DNA from: Azolla caroliniana
Lineage: Eukaryota; Plantae; Polypodiophyta
Direction: 5' to 3'
Length of the DNA: 64,000 bases
Assembly: GCA_043228905.1 (NCBI GenBank)
Contig: JBHGNT010000017.1
Location: 1,054,001 to 1,118,000 of the forward strand
Positions 1-13,202 of the stretch are shown here, piece after piece. Numbering within the stretch: position 1 is the first letter of the stretch; the number at the start of each line of letters is the position of its first letter. Below the pieces are notes generated by a model. The model was not told where the DNA came from, made no database searches, and worked only from the letters and a program-made list of their open reading frames with translations. A program made the translations under genes and the position numbers.

Positions 1-860
1 GTCAAATGGCTATTCGCTCACTCAGATCGGAACTTTTGATTAAAGTTCCTGATTGTGCACACCTCAGAAAGAAATCTGGACGACATATTTTTTATGAGTT
101 GGCCCAAAACTAAGTGTATTCAGCTCCATAATTAATGTTTGTCCATTGCTTTGGAGGCTTCACAAGTTGCTATATTGTTGTTACTCATATGCCCCAAACA
201 CTCACAATGAAACCTCAATAATACCACCTACCACAACACCTACCCTCACTCGTTACATAAACACGCCTCTAAGAGGGTATGAACAACTTTGGTGGATATC
301 TTTGGTTCAAAAGTGAATGCCACGTAGGTTCATGTTGTAGAAATGCTTATGTTTCAGTTTCAACTCTTATTAAAGTAGTTAATATTTTGCTGAAAGCTCA
401 TTTTGAGTCATGTAAGTTAATGTAGCATGAGACTCTTGATCAGCACATGTTGTAAATAGTGAAGTAAATGTGTGATTGGATTGACCAAAACATACTGTGG
501 AGATAAGGCATTTTCATATGGAAAGGTCTGAAAGTAGGTTATTGGTCAATATGTAGGTTATCAGTCTGAAAGCAGCCTTTACCAGGGATTCCAGAGTGTA
601 TCTCAGTCTGAAAGCAGCCCTTCTTTAGGTTCTATTTGTACATGATCATGGGATCATGACCACAATACTAGCATTTCCTCAAACTTGTACATGTTGACAT
701 GCTCTGAATTGCAGTACAATGCGACCTTGATGGAAGACATAAATACAAACAACCTTTGACTACCACATTCTTCGCAGATTTGAGATCTTGTCTGATATCT
801 TAACCAAGATTTGGGAACTTTAACTCAAGCTATTTTTTCTTCACATGATCAATCATTCAT

Positions 861-3010
861 TCATTCAGAAGTATCTGATAGCAATACATATGGTGCAGAC
901 AAAGTTGGCTCCAACTTCATAATATGCTCAGCAGCATATTGTGCTCGCTCCTTATCAGCACCATGTGTCCTACATGCCCCAAGAAAGGCCTTCCATGCCA
1001 CCACCTCATTAGAAACTCTCACATCTTTCAATAATGCCTCTGCTTCATCTAAGTGTCCAAATCTTCCAAAAAGATCGATCATGCTAACATAATGTTCACC
1101 TGATGGTGAAATGCCATAATCTCTAGTCATGGAAGCAAAGTAAAACTTCGCTTGCTTTACCAATCCTGCATGGCTGCAAGCATGCAGAACACTCACAAAG
1201 GTTATTGCATCTGGTTGAAAAGTTGGAGAGCCTCTTCCCCCAGTCCATGTTGAGCATATGCATTGATAATGATATTCCAACATATAACGTTTTTATCTGA
1301 GATCTTACTGAATACCTTGGAACTGTTGTCCAGATCTCCACATTTTCCATACATATGCACAACAGCTCTTGCGATGATTGTATCGGATTCGAACCCATTT
1401 TCTGTAAGATTCTTGTGAACCAGTTTGCCATCATCTAAAGAGGCTATGTTACCACATGCACCAAGGACACTGATGAAAGTGATATCATTGGGTGCCGCCT
1501 CCTCATCATCTACCATTTGAAAATATAGTTGAATTGCCTTGTTGCTGTGCCCATGCTCTTGATATGCACTGATCATTGCATTCCATGAAATGATAGCACG
1601 ATGATTAGACATTCTACAAAATGAGATTTCCGCATCATCTAGACTACCACATTTGCTGTACATAGTGATTAGAGCATTCCCTACAATACTATATTGCTCA
1701 AAACCTGCATCAATGATATTAGCATGTATGCTCCTACCTTTCTGGAGGTCAGAGCACCCATCGATAGCAGCACTAAATGTATAATCATCTGGATCAATTC
1801 CTTTCAGTTTCATTTGGTGAAGGAATTTGAGAGTGTCAAAGCTATGCAAATAATATAAGTATGCAGAAAGCAAAGTGTTCCAGGTCACAAGATCTCGCTG
1901 GGACATTCTATTAAATACACTTTCTGCTAGTTCAAGATTTCCACACCTACTATACATACTCACAAGTGCAGTTCCAATGACGACATCCATCTCAACACCG
2001 GAAAGGATGATATCGACATGAATCCAAGAGAAGTTAGCATTGGTTCCTATGCTAGCACAAGCTCTAAGAATTGATACATATGTGCTATGGTTAGGCTTTA
2101 CACCCTCCTGATGCATAACTTTCTCAAAAACATCCAAAGCACGTTTATTATCATGGCAATAGACACAAGCTGCAATCATAGCATTCCATGCTATTATATC
2201 ATGTTTTTGAATCCGGTTGAACATCCGAAAAGCCTCATCAAGACTTCCACATTTAGAATACATATTCAAAAGAGCCGTCCCGATTACTATATCCGATTCA
2301 AGACCCAAATTCACGCCCTCTGAATGAATAAGACAGCCTTCATGAAGCAGATTTATATCTACACATGCGGCTAGTGCAGAGCTAAGTGTGAACTTGTCAG
2401 GTTCGAATCCTTCTGATAGCAACATTTCTCGAAACAAGACAAGGGCCAGTTCAAAACATTCATTTTGTGTGTAAACTGATATCATGATATTCCATGAATA
2501 AACTGTCTTTACCCGTATACTCTCAAAAACACATCTAGCATCTTCAACTGCGCCACATTTCCCATACATTTCTACTACCATACTTCGTAGGATCCTATGC
2601 TCCCACAGATGGCTTCTGCAGATATGGTCATGGACAATCCTTCCACTGGAGAGGTCTTCTGTATTTCCACAACTGCGAAGAAGATCTAAATAACCTGAGA
2701 AGCTCACCCGTTCCTCGTATCTTGGAATAGCGTTTGCTTCTTCTGGAAGAATAAGAGGAGGATCTTTTGGACCTTTTTGAGAGGCGCGTGGAGCCATGGT
2801 TTCCTCGGAGCGCAGAAAGAAGTGATTTGAAGACGGAAGCGCTGCCAGAAAACATGGTGGAGAGGAGAGTTTTGAGACCTTACCAGAAGAGGCAGAGGAG
2901 GAGAGAGAGGTTCCACGAGCGCCAGAATTGGTCGATGGAATGGAAGTGTCAGTGATATATTGATGAACTCTGCTTGTGCAGAGAAAGGGGGACAAGGACA
3001 TACATTCCAT
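861..3010 (-). pseudogene. PLS-class pentatricopeptide repeat protein with a truncated E domain (organellar RNA-editing factor type); frameshifted at about 1205 in this assembly
   Basis: ORF 1202-3010 has a Ser-rich N-terminus and repeated P-L-S motifs (MYGKCG..DARCVF, SWNAMI, PDxxTF). It stops at LFNQMQ*. The adjacent frame (861-1283) continues PDAITFVSVLHACSHAGLV...EHYVSMIDLFGRFG...WKAFLGACRTHG...PYVLLSD*. No DYW domain. Intronless. Could be a real pseudogene or an assembly error. Confidence 0.85.
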
Positions 3011-4781
3011 AGTTCTTCACTTGTAGTTGTTGTCTTCACAAGATGTATGGAAAATTTGAGTCTTTTCCAAGAGAAATCTAGTGGGGAGAAAGAACGATAT
3101 ATATTAACGTCTTCTAAGACCAAATATATTAACGCCCATGAAACAATTAGTTACAATCATGGGACAATTGGAGAGAGAGAGAGGGAGGGAGAGATCTTCT
3201 CACACTTCAGCCATATTGGTTTCTCGAAGGAACCCTTGTCATTGTCTTCTCCTAGAGCTTTACCTGCTCAAGATGATGACCCAATTGTTCCAATGATCAC
3301 TTACCAGATTCTAGAAGTGGAGAGAGACCATCATTGCTTAGGATTGCATGTTGGCATTATTACTTAAGTTGCCCTTGATGTTCTTGAATTCAAGGTAATT
3401 GGCTATTCATTGTTGTTTGATGCTAGCCCTAAACACTCATAACAGGGAGCGTAAAGTTTATTTCTAAAGTTGTAGATGAGGCTAATGTTAGGCCCATTTC
3501 ATGGATGGTCATTTGACAAGTCACTCGGGTGTTTGGACTAGAACTCCCACTCTATTGAATGATGCATCACCAATATTCGAGACACAAGAATTTTGCTTTT
3601 CATTGATGGTACAAACGACCTCAAGCTACATATCAATGGAGTCACAATGATTGAAGGTATGAGTGCTTACAAGCCAACCAACAACTCCCTAATTCCCCTA
3701 CCCATGTTATAACCATTGAAGGGACATATGCTACCCTAAGGTCTAGGGGGTGAACATGTATATAAACCTCATGTGAAGCTCATGAGTCATGACAAGGTAG
3801 TATCATCTTGGAAAACCAATGGATACAAAGAGCATTGGGTGCAATTGTGTATAGAAAGAGAACAATTATGATGTGCTTGATAAAGCACTCCATTGTAGGG
3901 ACTTACCAATTTATCATTTTATAAGTGCAACTTAAGGTCTCCTTACCATAGAACATGGCACAACCAACTATTGATCAAAGTGTTGATCCTATTGATATTG
4001 AATAGATTGTTGTCTCAATATTAGTGGATTGTACTCACTAATACCAATTCAGAGAAAGAACATGCCTCGACTCATATTTCACCTCTTCTCCCATGAATTA
4101 CAATGTAATGTAGTTAAATCACGTCAAATACAGTAACGAACCCCATTAATGAATGTTATGCATGTCCCCATCCATAATAAGCCATTATCATCGCCTTAAA
4201 ATACCAAGAGCTCCAAACTTCACATTTTAATAAACTATGGATCTTAGATTCCACCGAGCTTTCTTGCTCATGTTTGAATAAAATTACCCAGACATTATAT
4301 TTAACTGGTCCATGGTGTCCTTTAAACATATATATGGTTACATTCTCCAATTTCAAATTTACTCTTAATGTTCAATTTGCTTATGAAGAAATTTGAACCC
4401 TATTATAACAATGAAGGAGTAATATTAACAATTACAAATTATGCAAAATGTTGTCAAGAAAAGGAAATATACATGCTTAGATGCTATAAATCATGAAACA
4501 AACGTGATGAGCCATTATCATTATGAAGGATTTACAATTTGTGCTTTGAGAGAAGGAACAGTTTCATTAGTAAATCTAATGTATTTGTTCCCATATAGTT
4601 TCTTGTAACAATGGTTTTCTACTCAAATGAATTTTGAATATCTACAGTTTCATAGCATGACTTGAAATGATGGCACAAAATGCATCCATAAACAACTATC
4701 ATACTCAAAACTTACACAAGAAAGAACCACAAAACTTAGGACATCAAAACAAGGCAATGCCTCTAGGATTTTTCAATTACC

Positions 4782-5084
4782 TGTAGCTTGTTAAGAAAGG
4801 TAAAAAGATTATATTGCTCACATAATAAGCAAGGATTAGTCAGTTTGATAATCTTGATAAGCTCCATAAGTTAAAAAAGGATTCCAAAAGATAGTTACTC
4901 CAGTGGGAACCAATTGTGAAGGTAAAAAGATCCTTTTTTAACTTATGTAGCTTGTTAAGAAAGGTAAAAAGATTATATTGCTCACATAATAAGCAAGGAT
5001 TAGTCAGTTTGATAATCTTGATAAGCTCCATAAGTTAAAAAAGGATTCCAAAAGATAGTTACTCCAGTGGGAACCAATTGTGAA
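4782..5084. repeat. Perfect 139-bp direct duplication with a 25-bp filler
   Basis: 4782-4920 and 4946-5084 are identical by eye; spacer 4921-4945. Confidence 0.95.
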
Positions 5085-5536
5085 CAATGCAATAACCAGA
5101 AAATGTGACAATTAAGATTATTGAGGATACCTATATAATAAAATATTTTGTCATATATATGAAGAACATTCTCTTAAGACACAAGATAGTATGCTGGCAG
5201 AGGGTTTTCCATAAAGAGTACACTACTTTGCAAGGAATTTAAGTTACTCCATAATTTCTCATGCTTCCCTTTGCTAAGGGTTTAAATTTCCATTAGAAGC
5301 TTCTCTCACTTCTTTTTGCAATCACGCTTCCTTTCACTAAGGGTTTACATCTCCATTATATGCTCTCTAGCTGCCTTTTGCAATAGGGACGGGTGTGAGT
5401 TCTTGGCCTTGTGGTTTTTCCCTTTAGAAATGTCGATCTTAAATATGAATGAAAATCTGCCTCAAGTTCTCGGTTGGACAAGTTTAAGACTCATCTCATA
5501 AGAGTATGAAGAAGAATGTAATCATCCTTCGATGGC

Positions 5537-5874
5537 TCATTTGCCCTTTAGAATGGCATGTTGAGTAATGTTTATGTGCTTGAATAGTTGGTTCCTAGAA
5601 AAGAAACAAAAAGGCATTAACTTACTAACTTTGGACTTGTTCAACACAAAGATACTTTTGGGATGTAATTAAGACTTCATCAAAATCAACCAGTATAAGT
5701 ATAGTAGGACAAAATCTAGTCAACTAAACAAAGACCCACCTTGTCTCAAAATCTTCTCCACAAGTCTCACAAGTATTTGTAGCATTTTTTGCATTCCCCT
5801 ACCAATGTTTCAACAGAAAGGAAATCTTTAGTTCCCTAGTTTAAACAATAAATGTATAATACATACATATAATG

Positions 5875-5905
<31 letters not shown>

Positions 5906-8013
5906 GATAAATAGATAGATAGATAAATAGATATGACACCTTAAAAACTCACCTTGCTTTTCTTTGCTTTCGTTGATATCCGCAGTGAATCAGTTTGTGA
6001 AACCATCTTGCTTCCTTTAGAAACTTTTGATTCTTTCACAGCTTTGAATTGCTGACGATTATCGATATTTGACTCAATTTCAGAATGATGGATTTCATGA
6101 ATTGTCGTGGTGCTTTGCAATGGTTGATCAGAAAATGATGACTTATTATCCTCCATTCCTAGTGTTTCAAATTGAAGCACGACCTTGTTAATGACATTCC
6201 CTAGTGATAACTCTTCTGCAAGTGCTGAATGTCTATTTAAATTAGCTGCCTGTTTTCTCTCATTTCGTAAACTGGTTTTAGATTTTTTCTTCTTGCTTTT
6301 GTTCGTGTTATCTAGGAGCGCAATATCACTGCCATCATCTTCTTTCTCCTCATCATCCTCTGGTTGTTTTATACTGTGTTGAGATCTCATCATGTCCATA
6401 AGCATTTCCTGTTCATCTTCATCTTCTTGGTCTTCATCATCCTTGGTTGGTTTCATGCTCTGACGAGATCTCATCATGGCTATAAGCATCTCTTCTCCTT
6501 CTCCTTCTTCTTCTTCTTCATTTTTTCCTTCTCCTTCTTCTTTTACTTCCACTTGATCTTCAACTTGTTCTATTTTTTTCTCACCTTCTCTAGTTCTCTT
6601 CTTGCCAATCTCATCTTCTGATTCACTCGCGCTATCACCATTTGCACCTCCGTCTAGTTCTTTTCTGCTCATATAAGAGTAAACCATACTTGAAAGACTA
6701 TTTAGTTCATCATTTTCCTCGTCATCATCCTCGGTCACAGAATGTACATCACAAACACCATCATTTTCTACTTTATCCTTCTCGACCTTTTCAGTGTTTT
6801 CCGCAAGCCTGGGTTTAACATCACAAACTTCAACACCTTCCGCACCTTCCACATCTAATCCATTGTCGTCCCTATGCCTTGCTCCTCTGATATAATCATT
6901 TAATATACCTTCATTACTTTCCAATTCTTCCGTTGAGAATATAGCTTTCATTTCTTCATCTTCTTCTTGAAACGATTCCTTCAAAGAAGCTACTCTATCA
7001 AGATGTTTCTTCGACCTCTCGTGATTCTTCCATTGCTTATCAGACTTGAACTTCTTGTTACAAACAATGCAATAAAACTCCTCATCTCGCCTTTCTTTCT
7101 TACTTTCGATGTTCTTCGATACCCAGCTATAACTACCAATACTATCATCAATATCAGACCCATCATCATCCATTGCATGTTCTACAGTTGAAATCTTAGT
7201 CCACTCAGCTTCTTCATAAAGCCTAGCTTTCATTATCTTCTCTTCTTCTTCTTTTTTTCGCTTAAGCTTCAACATCTCTTCTTTCTTCTTCTCTAGCTTT
7301 TGAACCTCAAGTTGTCTTTCCAACACTCTTTTATCTCGTTTCTTAACAAAAGCAGCAAGACGGCGAATAGCCTCATTGAACTCTTTCCGCGCTTTTGACC
7401 TAATTTTCTTATTCTCTTCTTCCATGAGGCGGCGAATTTTTCGGTTAAAACCATCAGAAACTCGATATTCATCACACCACGAGAAATCCTTAACAGTTCC
7501 GAAGCTAAGCCAAAAGCTATAGAATTTCTGAACATGAACATAAGGGGTAGACATTCCTCCCATCTCAGGAGGATCAGCAGGCATCTTAAGTCCATGTGAC
7601 CTTGCAAAACCTTGCTCTTGCCTATGAAGATCAGCAAAAAGCTTTCCATACACAGCATAAAACCCTTTACCAGAATCACCGTATCCAGAGAAGACCGAAG
7701 GCGAGAAATACGGCCAAGGATTGAATTCATAATCCGAAGAAAAAGCTGACGAAGAAGATGAGTTATTAAGGATTTGAGAGCGATGAGAATCATACCAGGA
7801 TCGTTCTGAAGGGTCTGAGAGAACTTCGTAAGCTCTTCCTATCTCTTGGAAGAGAGCCGTGGCTTCTTCACAAGATTCCGGTGAAGCTCCAGACTGTTGA
7901 ATCTTGTCAGGGTGCCATTTCAAAGCGAGCTTTCGGTAGGCAGAGCGAATCTCGTCATTGCTCGACGTCCTTTCCACACCGAGCACCTCGTACAGACATC
8001 TCTGAGCTTCCAT
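5537..8013 (-). CDS. JJJ1: J-domain protein JJJ1/DNAJC21-like (60S maturation co-chaperone), 3 exons: 8013-5953, 5798-5740, 5594-5537
   Basis: MEAQRCLYEVLG...WHPDK J-domain, YDSHR motif, coiled-coil and C2H2 finger CIVCNKKFKSDKQWKNHERSKKH. A second finger, CETCGEDFETRNQLFKHINITQH, is assembled across two GT-AG introns with consistent phase. TGA at 5537-5539. Confidence 0.92.
5874..5933. repeat. (GATA/AATA)n microsatellite in intron 1 of the J-protein gene
   Basis: Visible gatagatagata...aaatagatagat run. Confidence 0.9.
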
Positions 8014-8130
8014 CGCCCCTAGCGACGGGCGGGGCAGAGACAGAGACAGAGACAAAGAGAGAGAGAGAGAGAGAAGAGAGAGAAAATCCAAGACTTATAA
8101 ATGGGTGGGCACCATGACCACTCTCTAACT

Positions 8131-8610
8131 GTATGTATGTATGTAACTTTGTATATATCTATGCATGTATGCATGTGTAAATGTATGTATGTATGTATGC
8201 ATGTATGTATGTATGTATGTATGTATGTATGTATGTATGTATGCATGCATGCATGCATGTGTAAATGTATGTATGTATGTATGCATGCATGCATGCATGT
8301 GTAAATGTATGTATGTATGTATGCATGCATGCATGTGTAAATGTATGTATGTATGTATGTATGTATGTATGTATGTATGTATGTATGTATGTATGCATGC
8401 ATGCATGTGTAAATGTATGTATGTATGTATGCATGCATGCATGTGTAAATGTATGTATGTATGTATGTATCTATGTATGTATGTATGTATGTATGTATGC
8501 ATGCATGTGTAAATGTATGGTGTACCGTGTATGTATGTATGCATGTGTAAATGTATGGTGTACCGTGTATGTATGTATGCATGTATGCATGTGTCAAGGT
8601 ATGTATGTAT
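8131..8610. repeat. Compound (ATGT)n/(ATGC)n microsatellite with a higher-order unit punctuated by GTGTAAAT
   Basis: GTAAAT at about 8177, 8261, 8301, 8337, 8409, 8445, 8509 and 8547, separated by ATGT and ATGC runs. Confidence 0.95.
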
Positions 8611-8699
8611 TGAGCCTTCCAGATGTAATATATATCAGTACTACTCAATATCTCCCATAATGGTTGCACCTCCTTCGTTGTCCCTAAAAATTGTACATA

Positions 8700-9070
8700 C
8701 GCTAATGGAAGTACACAAACACTTCCAAATTTGAGGTGAAAACACCATGGTCCATAGATTCGACGTCGTAATGGAAATTAAAGCGGACAAGCAACATCCA
8801 ACCCACCATGACCCATGTGAATACTAATGGAGGAAAATAGTTAGCAAATATTCTGAGGAGGCGTTGCCATACCAGTTGAGACTCAATGAAATCCAAGAGA
8901 CAGTGTTTCTGAGTTTCAACTTGTAAATGATAGCGAGCACAACTAGAGGATACAACCATTTTATGCAACCATGTGCCAACATGCAAAGGCTCGATGCACA
9001 AGTAACCAATGTACATGAACTATTTGTTGTGATTGCTTTCTTGCCCATAGGTTAACCCATAACTTACCAA
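8700..9070 (-). mobile_element. Degenerate LINE (non-LTR retrotransposon) ORF2 C-terminal zf-RVT-like remnant
   Basis: Minus-strand frames give WVNLWARK...WLLVHRA, then after a frame change LHVGTWLHKMVVSSSCARYHLQVETQKHCLLDF..SQLVW. This resembles the W..LW....K..F.WL..H..L...C..C...ET..H....C...VW pattern of plant L1 elements. Confidence 0.5.
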
Positions 9071-12000
9071 GAAATTTAGGAGTAATACCCAGTTGACTCT
9101 AGTATTGAAATGTTGTTGATAACACATCTCATCTATTCGACAAAACATGTCTTCCCAATTGTACTGAATATTGGAAATTTAAAGTTGTTACCAATAAATG
9201 GATTTGTCCGTTGATAATCAATTGGGTCGCATGCTAATATGAACAAATGTTGTAGAGCCTCCTTATCTTACAAGTTTATGTAGACCCTCTGATTAAACCT
9301 ATGTCTCCCATGCCTTGAGTGGACTTCCCCTTGCCAATTTGCGCTAGCCACATTTGTGTCATCCACCTACCTCTGTGGGCAAGGGGAACATGCATGTGGA
9401 TTTGAGATTTGTTTTAGGTGTTTATGAAGCATTTGCCATCCCACTATGCTCGGTGTTTTGTTGTATAATGGACAATATTTCGATTGATGAAGCACACAAG
9501 TTCCATCGTGTTTTCATTCGATTGTAGAGTTCATGTTTACGAACCAAGTTTGGTAAGATGCGAGAAATTTGGAGGATTCATTCGAATTCTAGTGTAGAAC
9601 TTGAAAAGAAAATAACAGATCATGTATTGCAAGTGCAAAGACACTAAAAATGCAAGGAGATTTTGAAGGGACGTGAGATACATGTTGAGATTGAAAGAAA
9701 GGGGGTGTTTGGATGAAACATTATTCTTGGATGCTGAATATGAATAAGATTGGCTAGGAAAAGAAAATATTTATCGTTATCTAGAAAGATTGGCTATGGT
9801 CAATTAACATGGCTACACAATATTCATTGTAATGTTGGATTATCTTGTATCTTGCCTTTGGCCACTTTAATTTTAATGATAATGGAGGATAGTTAAAAAA
9901 GAAAAGAAAAAAGTTTCATCATGTTTTCATTTGGCTACATGAATGCATGGTGTGTGTTTGTTTTGAGGTTGCATTTGAATTGTTTTTATGTCATAGTTAT
10001 TTTGGCCCTTAATTTGGCTTTTACAGTGGTATATTTGTTTTCTTGGTGGAGCATGTGCACTAAGTATTAATGTTGGGGGATGAACAAGATCTTTTAGCAC
10101 TTGATGCCACCAAACGAGAAGATATAATCAATTGGCTAGTTGTGATTGTCGAGATACTACCATTATGCAAAAAAGATGGTGTATATCAATATAGTGGTTT
10201 AGTAGTTCTCGGAAAGCATTTCAAGTGCGAGTATCCAATAGTCAATCCTAGAGTAGTCTAGATAACCTCATTAGGAGAACATCTTGGGTGTGTGAACCAT
10301 GTTTAGAGAGTTTATCAAACATTGTCAAATCAATATTAGAATGTTGGTGCTTAGATGCTTTGTAAAGTCCTCTAAGCACCAAATATTTAGCTTAGTTATT
10401 TATGCCTTAGCTTTTCCAAGTGTATTGTTATGTTAATAATATTCTCAAGTAAATTGTTGGGAAGGTTATGATGAGGCATGTTTTACTCGTGCTTGAGGTT
10501 TGGTTGCTATGTTTGTGACAGGGCAAGAAGACCCTCTAATTCATCATATTCGACTCTACAAGAAGTTTGTGCTTTGTATTCTATTCTCAATGTTCTAACA
10601 TCATACATTGAAATTCTATTATCACATGTAATACATATTAGTTGTGCAAACCCACTTCAAAGGGACAATTCTTACAAATACAAATGTATCTACCTAAGGG
10701 ATAGATGCATTGGAATGATGAAACGTTCAGTATGGCTATTCCTTGTGCAAACAAATACTTGAAGTCCTTTTTGGGTTGGAATGTGCTCCATTTGATTTTG
10801 AAATCAACAATGTTTGCAAGTACATGGTCATCGCCTGTCTCACCTAATTCCAAACAATATTAGGCATGAAGGAGGTACTTCCATATAGAAAGTCCATAAG
10901 GTACCTATTACCTAATTATTGTTATGTAACAAGTAGGAAATGGTGGTTCTATCAAGAATGTTTCAAAAAATTATCCAATCAAATTTCCCATGCACAATAA
11001 TGGCACATATATGTTTTCCATGTTATGACGGCGATTGTTCAACCATTGGTTTAACATCTCGATTCAATGTCTATAGGTGAATCTCTATTGTCAAGATTGT
11101 TCCGTTCTATTATGCTTTGTGTGGTATTGCACACATTGTGTTCTCTTATTCGTAGCCTTTGTGATGTTGTTTTTCATAGTTTTGTGATGAAAATCTCCAT
11201 TTCATAATGTGTTTTCAAGGTAGGCCTCCTAGGTTATCTTCATCCAATCCTAGGAGCTAATAAAATGCCTCTGGCCATCCCCATTGTGCCCATAGTTTCA
11301 TTACAAACATGTCCAATAAGTTTGTGGCTAGCCGAAATAAAATTGCTTATGTGTTTCCAATATAGATATCCTATGTTGGCTTTACCCCAATTGCAAGACT
11401 TAACATTGATACTTTTGAATGCCTCTAACGCATTCAACAATCATACATCCTTCAAATGAAACTAGAGAGTTAATAGTCTGAACATAAGCAAGGCTTCCAA
11501 CATTGAATCCACATGGGGTATATCATTGTTGCATTGGATTGAACCTACCATGTTATCAAACAAGCATCAACAAACAATTTTCAATCCCTTGAGCATCAAA
11601 TTAGGATCATGCCATCAAAAAACATTCAAACACCGTCTAATATATTTTGAAGTTATTACTAGAGAATGTGCCATATATGCAACATTGCTAGGCCCTTTAA
11701 CATCAATAAAAATGTCCACTCAACAACAACCGAGAGAAAAGGGCCTTTACATTGATAAAATAACTCAAAAACAACAACCAAGACAAAATATGAGAAACTA
11801 GGACACTCACTTTTTTATACCCCCATCTTCACTTTTGAACGTTACAAGCCATTTTACAATTGAGCACTCACTTCTTTGTCTTCATACTCTAAAAAAATAC
11901 GTGTGACCACACTTTGTCAACAATTGTAAATTACCTACATATGCAAGTGGAAATACTTCATCAAGCAAACATGTTTATCCAACGGTTTGTAACAATGACT

Positions 12001-13202
12001 ATCAAATTAGATTGAAGATTCTCTACATATACAAAATATTTTGCACAATGAGATTAGGACCATATTGTATGGGTTTATGTGCACACCTTTCACACACATG
12101 TATTGGTCTTTACACCAACATGAAATGGAGTACAAACATGTGTCCAAGAATGTATGTTACAATTTTAGAGGAACTCATAGAAAAAGGATGCATCACAAAT
12201 TCACAATGGATACCACACTTCTTCGTAAGTGGGTACTCGATGCACTATATCTTATGTTTGGATCTTCCTCCAACGTTGCTTGAGACTTCACATACTCGTG
12301 TACAATGTATCGCATGAAATATGGCGTTCTTGTATTTCACATCAAACCGCTAGTAACACCCGCCCATGAACTTTGATAGTATCATTGTCATACCAGATGC
12401 CTCAATCTCCCATCTATCGCCATATGACCGTATATAGAAAACATGGGTTGCTCAAAAAGTTGTTTTTTTTAACAAAAACGGGGTTCAAAGCTATACCGAC
12501 CGAGATAGCTATCCATGAAGTGTGTGGTGGCCTAATAATGGCATGAATGTGTTTACGCGACACAAAAGTCACATATATTTGAGGGGGAGACAATGAAAAA
12601 TGGCTGAATTGTTGCCTATGCTACGTTCCAGGTAGGATGAATGAGAGAGCAAAAATGTATGGTGAGAGGAGCATATATATGATGCCGATAGTGGGTCGAG
12701 TGCCCTCCCTCCCAACATACGAGAGACACACACGGACGGGAAACCCCATATTATTGTAATGAAATGTGTACATAAGTTGGGGACCATCCCATCCCCATCC
12801 AATCCAATCCACTTTGTGTTTCTTTCTTAATGGGCGGGCATCCATTTGTAGTGTGAAAGCGGCCAATCAAAATGAATGGGATTCATTTCATTGAGAGAGA
12901 GAGAGAGAGAGAGGGAGAGAGAGGGAGGGAGCCGTTTGAACAGAATGAATCACAACGTCTCCCAACCAAAATTTACAACATAATAAACAAACAAACAAAC
13001 ACCTCCTCCTCCTCCTTCCTTCCTTCCTTCCTTCCTTCCTTCTGCTCTGCGCTCACAGTCCCACCTCTGAAACCCTAAATCTTCTCTCTCTCTCATACCC
13101 TAATTCTCTTCTCCGCCCCCCCCCCCCCTCCCCCCTTCTTCTACCAATTCTGCTCCTCCTTCCAAGACTTCTGATATACCTACCTACCGTCTCTCAGCTG
13201 CC

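Noticed and set aside
22-86. Possible first coding exon MSSRFLSEVCTIRNFNQKFRS with a GTGAGC donor on the minus strand
   Set aside because: Too short and at the window edge; no family motif to support it.
2400-2410. Perfect B-box GGTTCGAATCC
   Set aside because: It lies in PPR coding sequence (GFEP codons on the minus strand) with no tRNA context.
8014-8091. N-terminal extension MDFLSLLSLSLS... of the J-protein ORF
   Set aside because: It is a CT microsatellite in the 5' leader; the J-domain starts right after the ATG at 8013.
8019-8734. Many overlapping ORFs (HTYI/CMYV repeats)
   Set aside because: They are translation artefacts of the (ATGT/ATGC)n microsatellite.
9700-12470. Short ORFs with possible transposase-like fragments
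   Set aside because: I could not identify any diagnostic motif; probably old TE debris.
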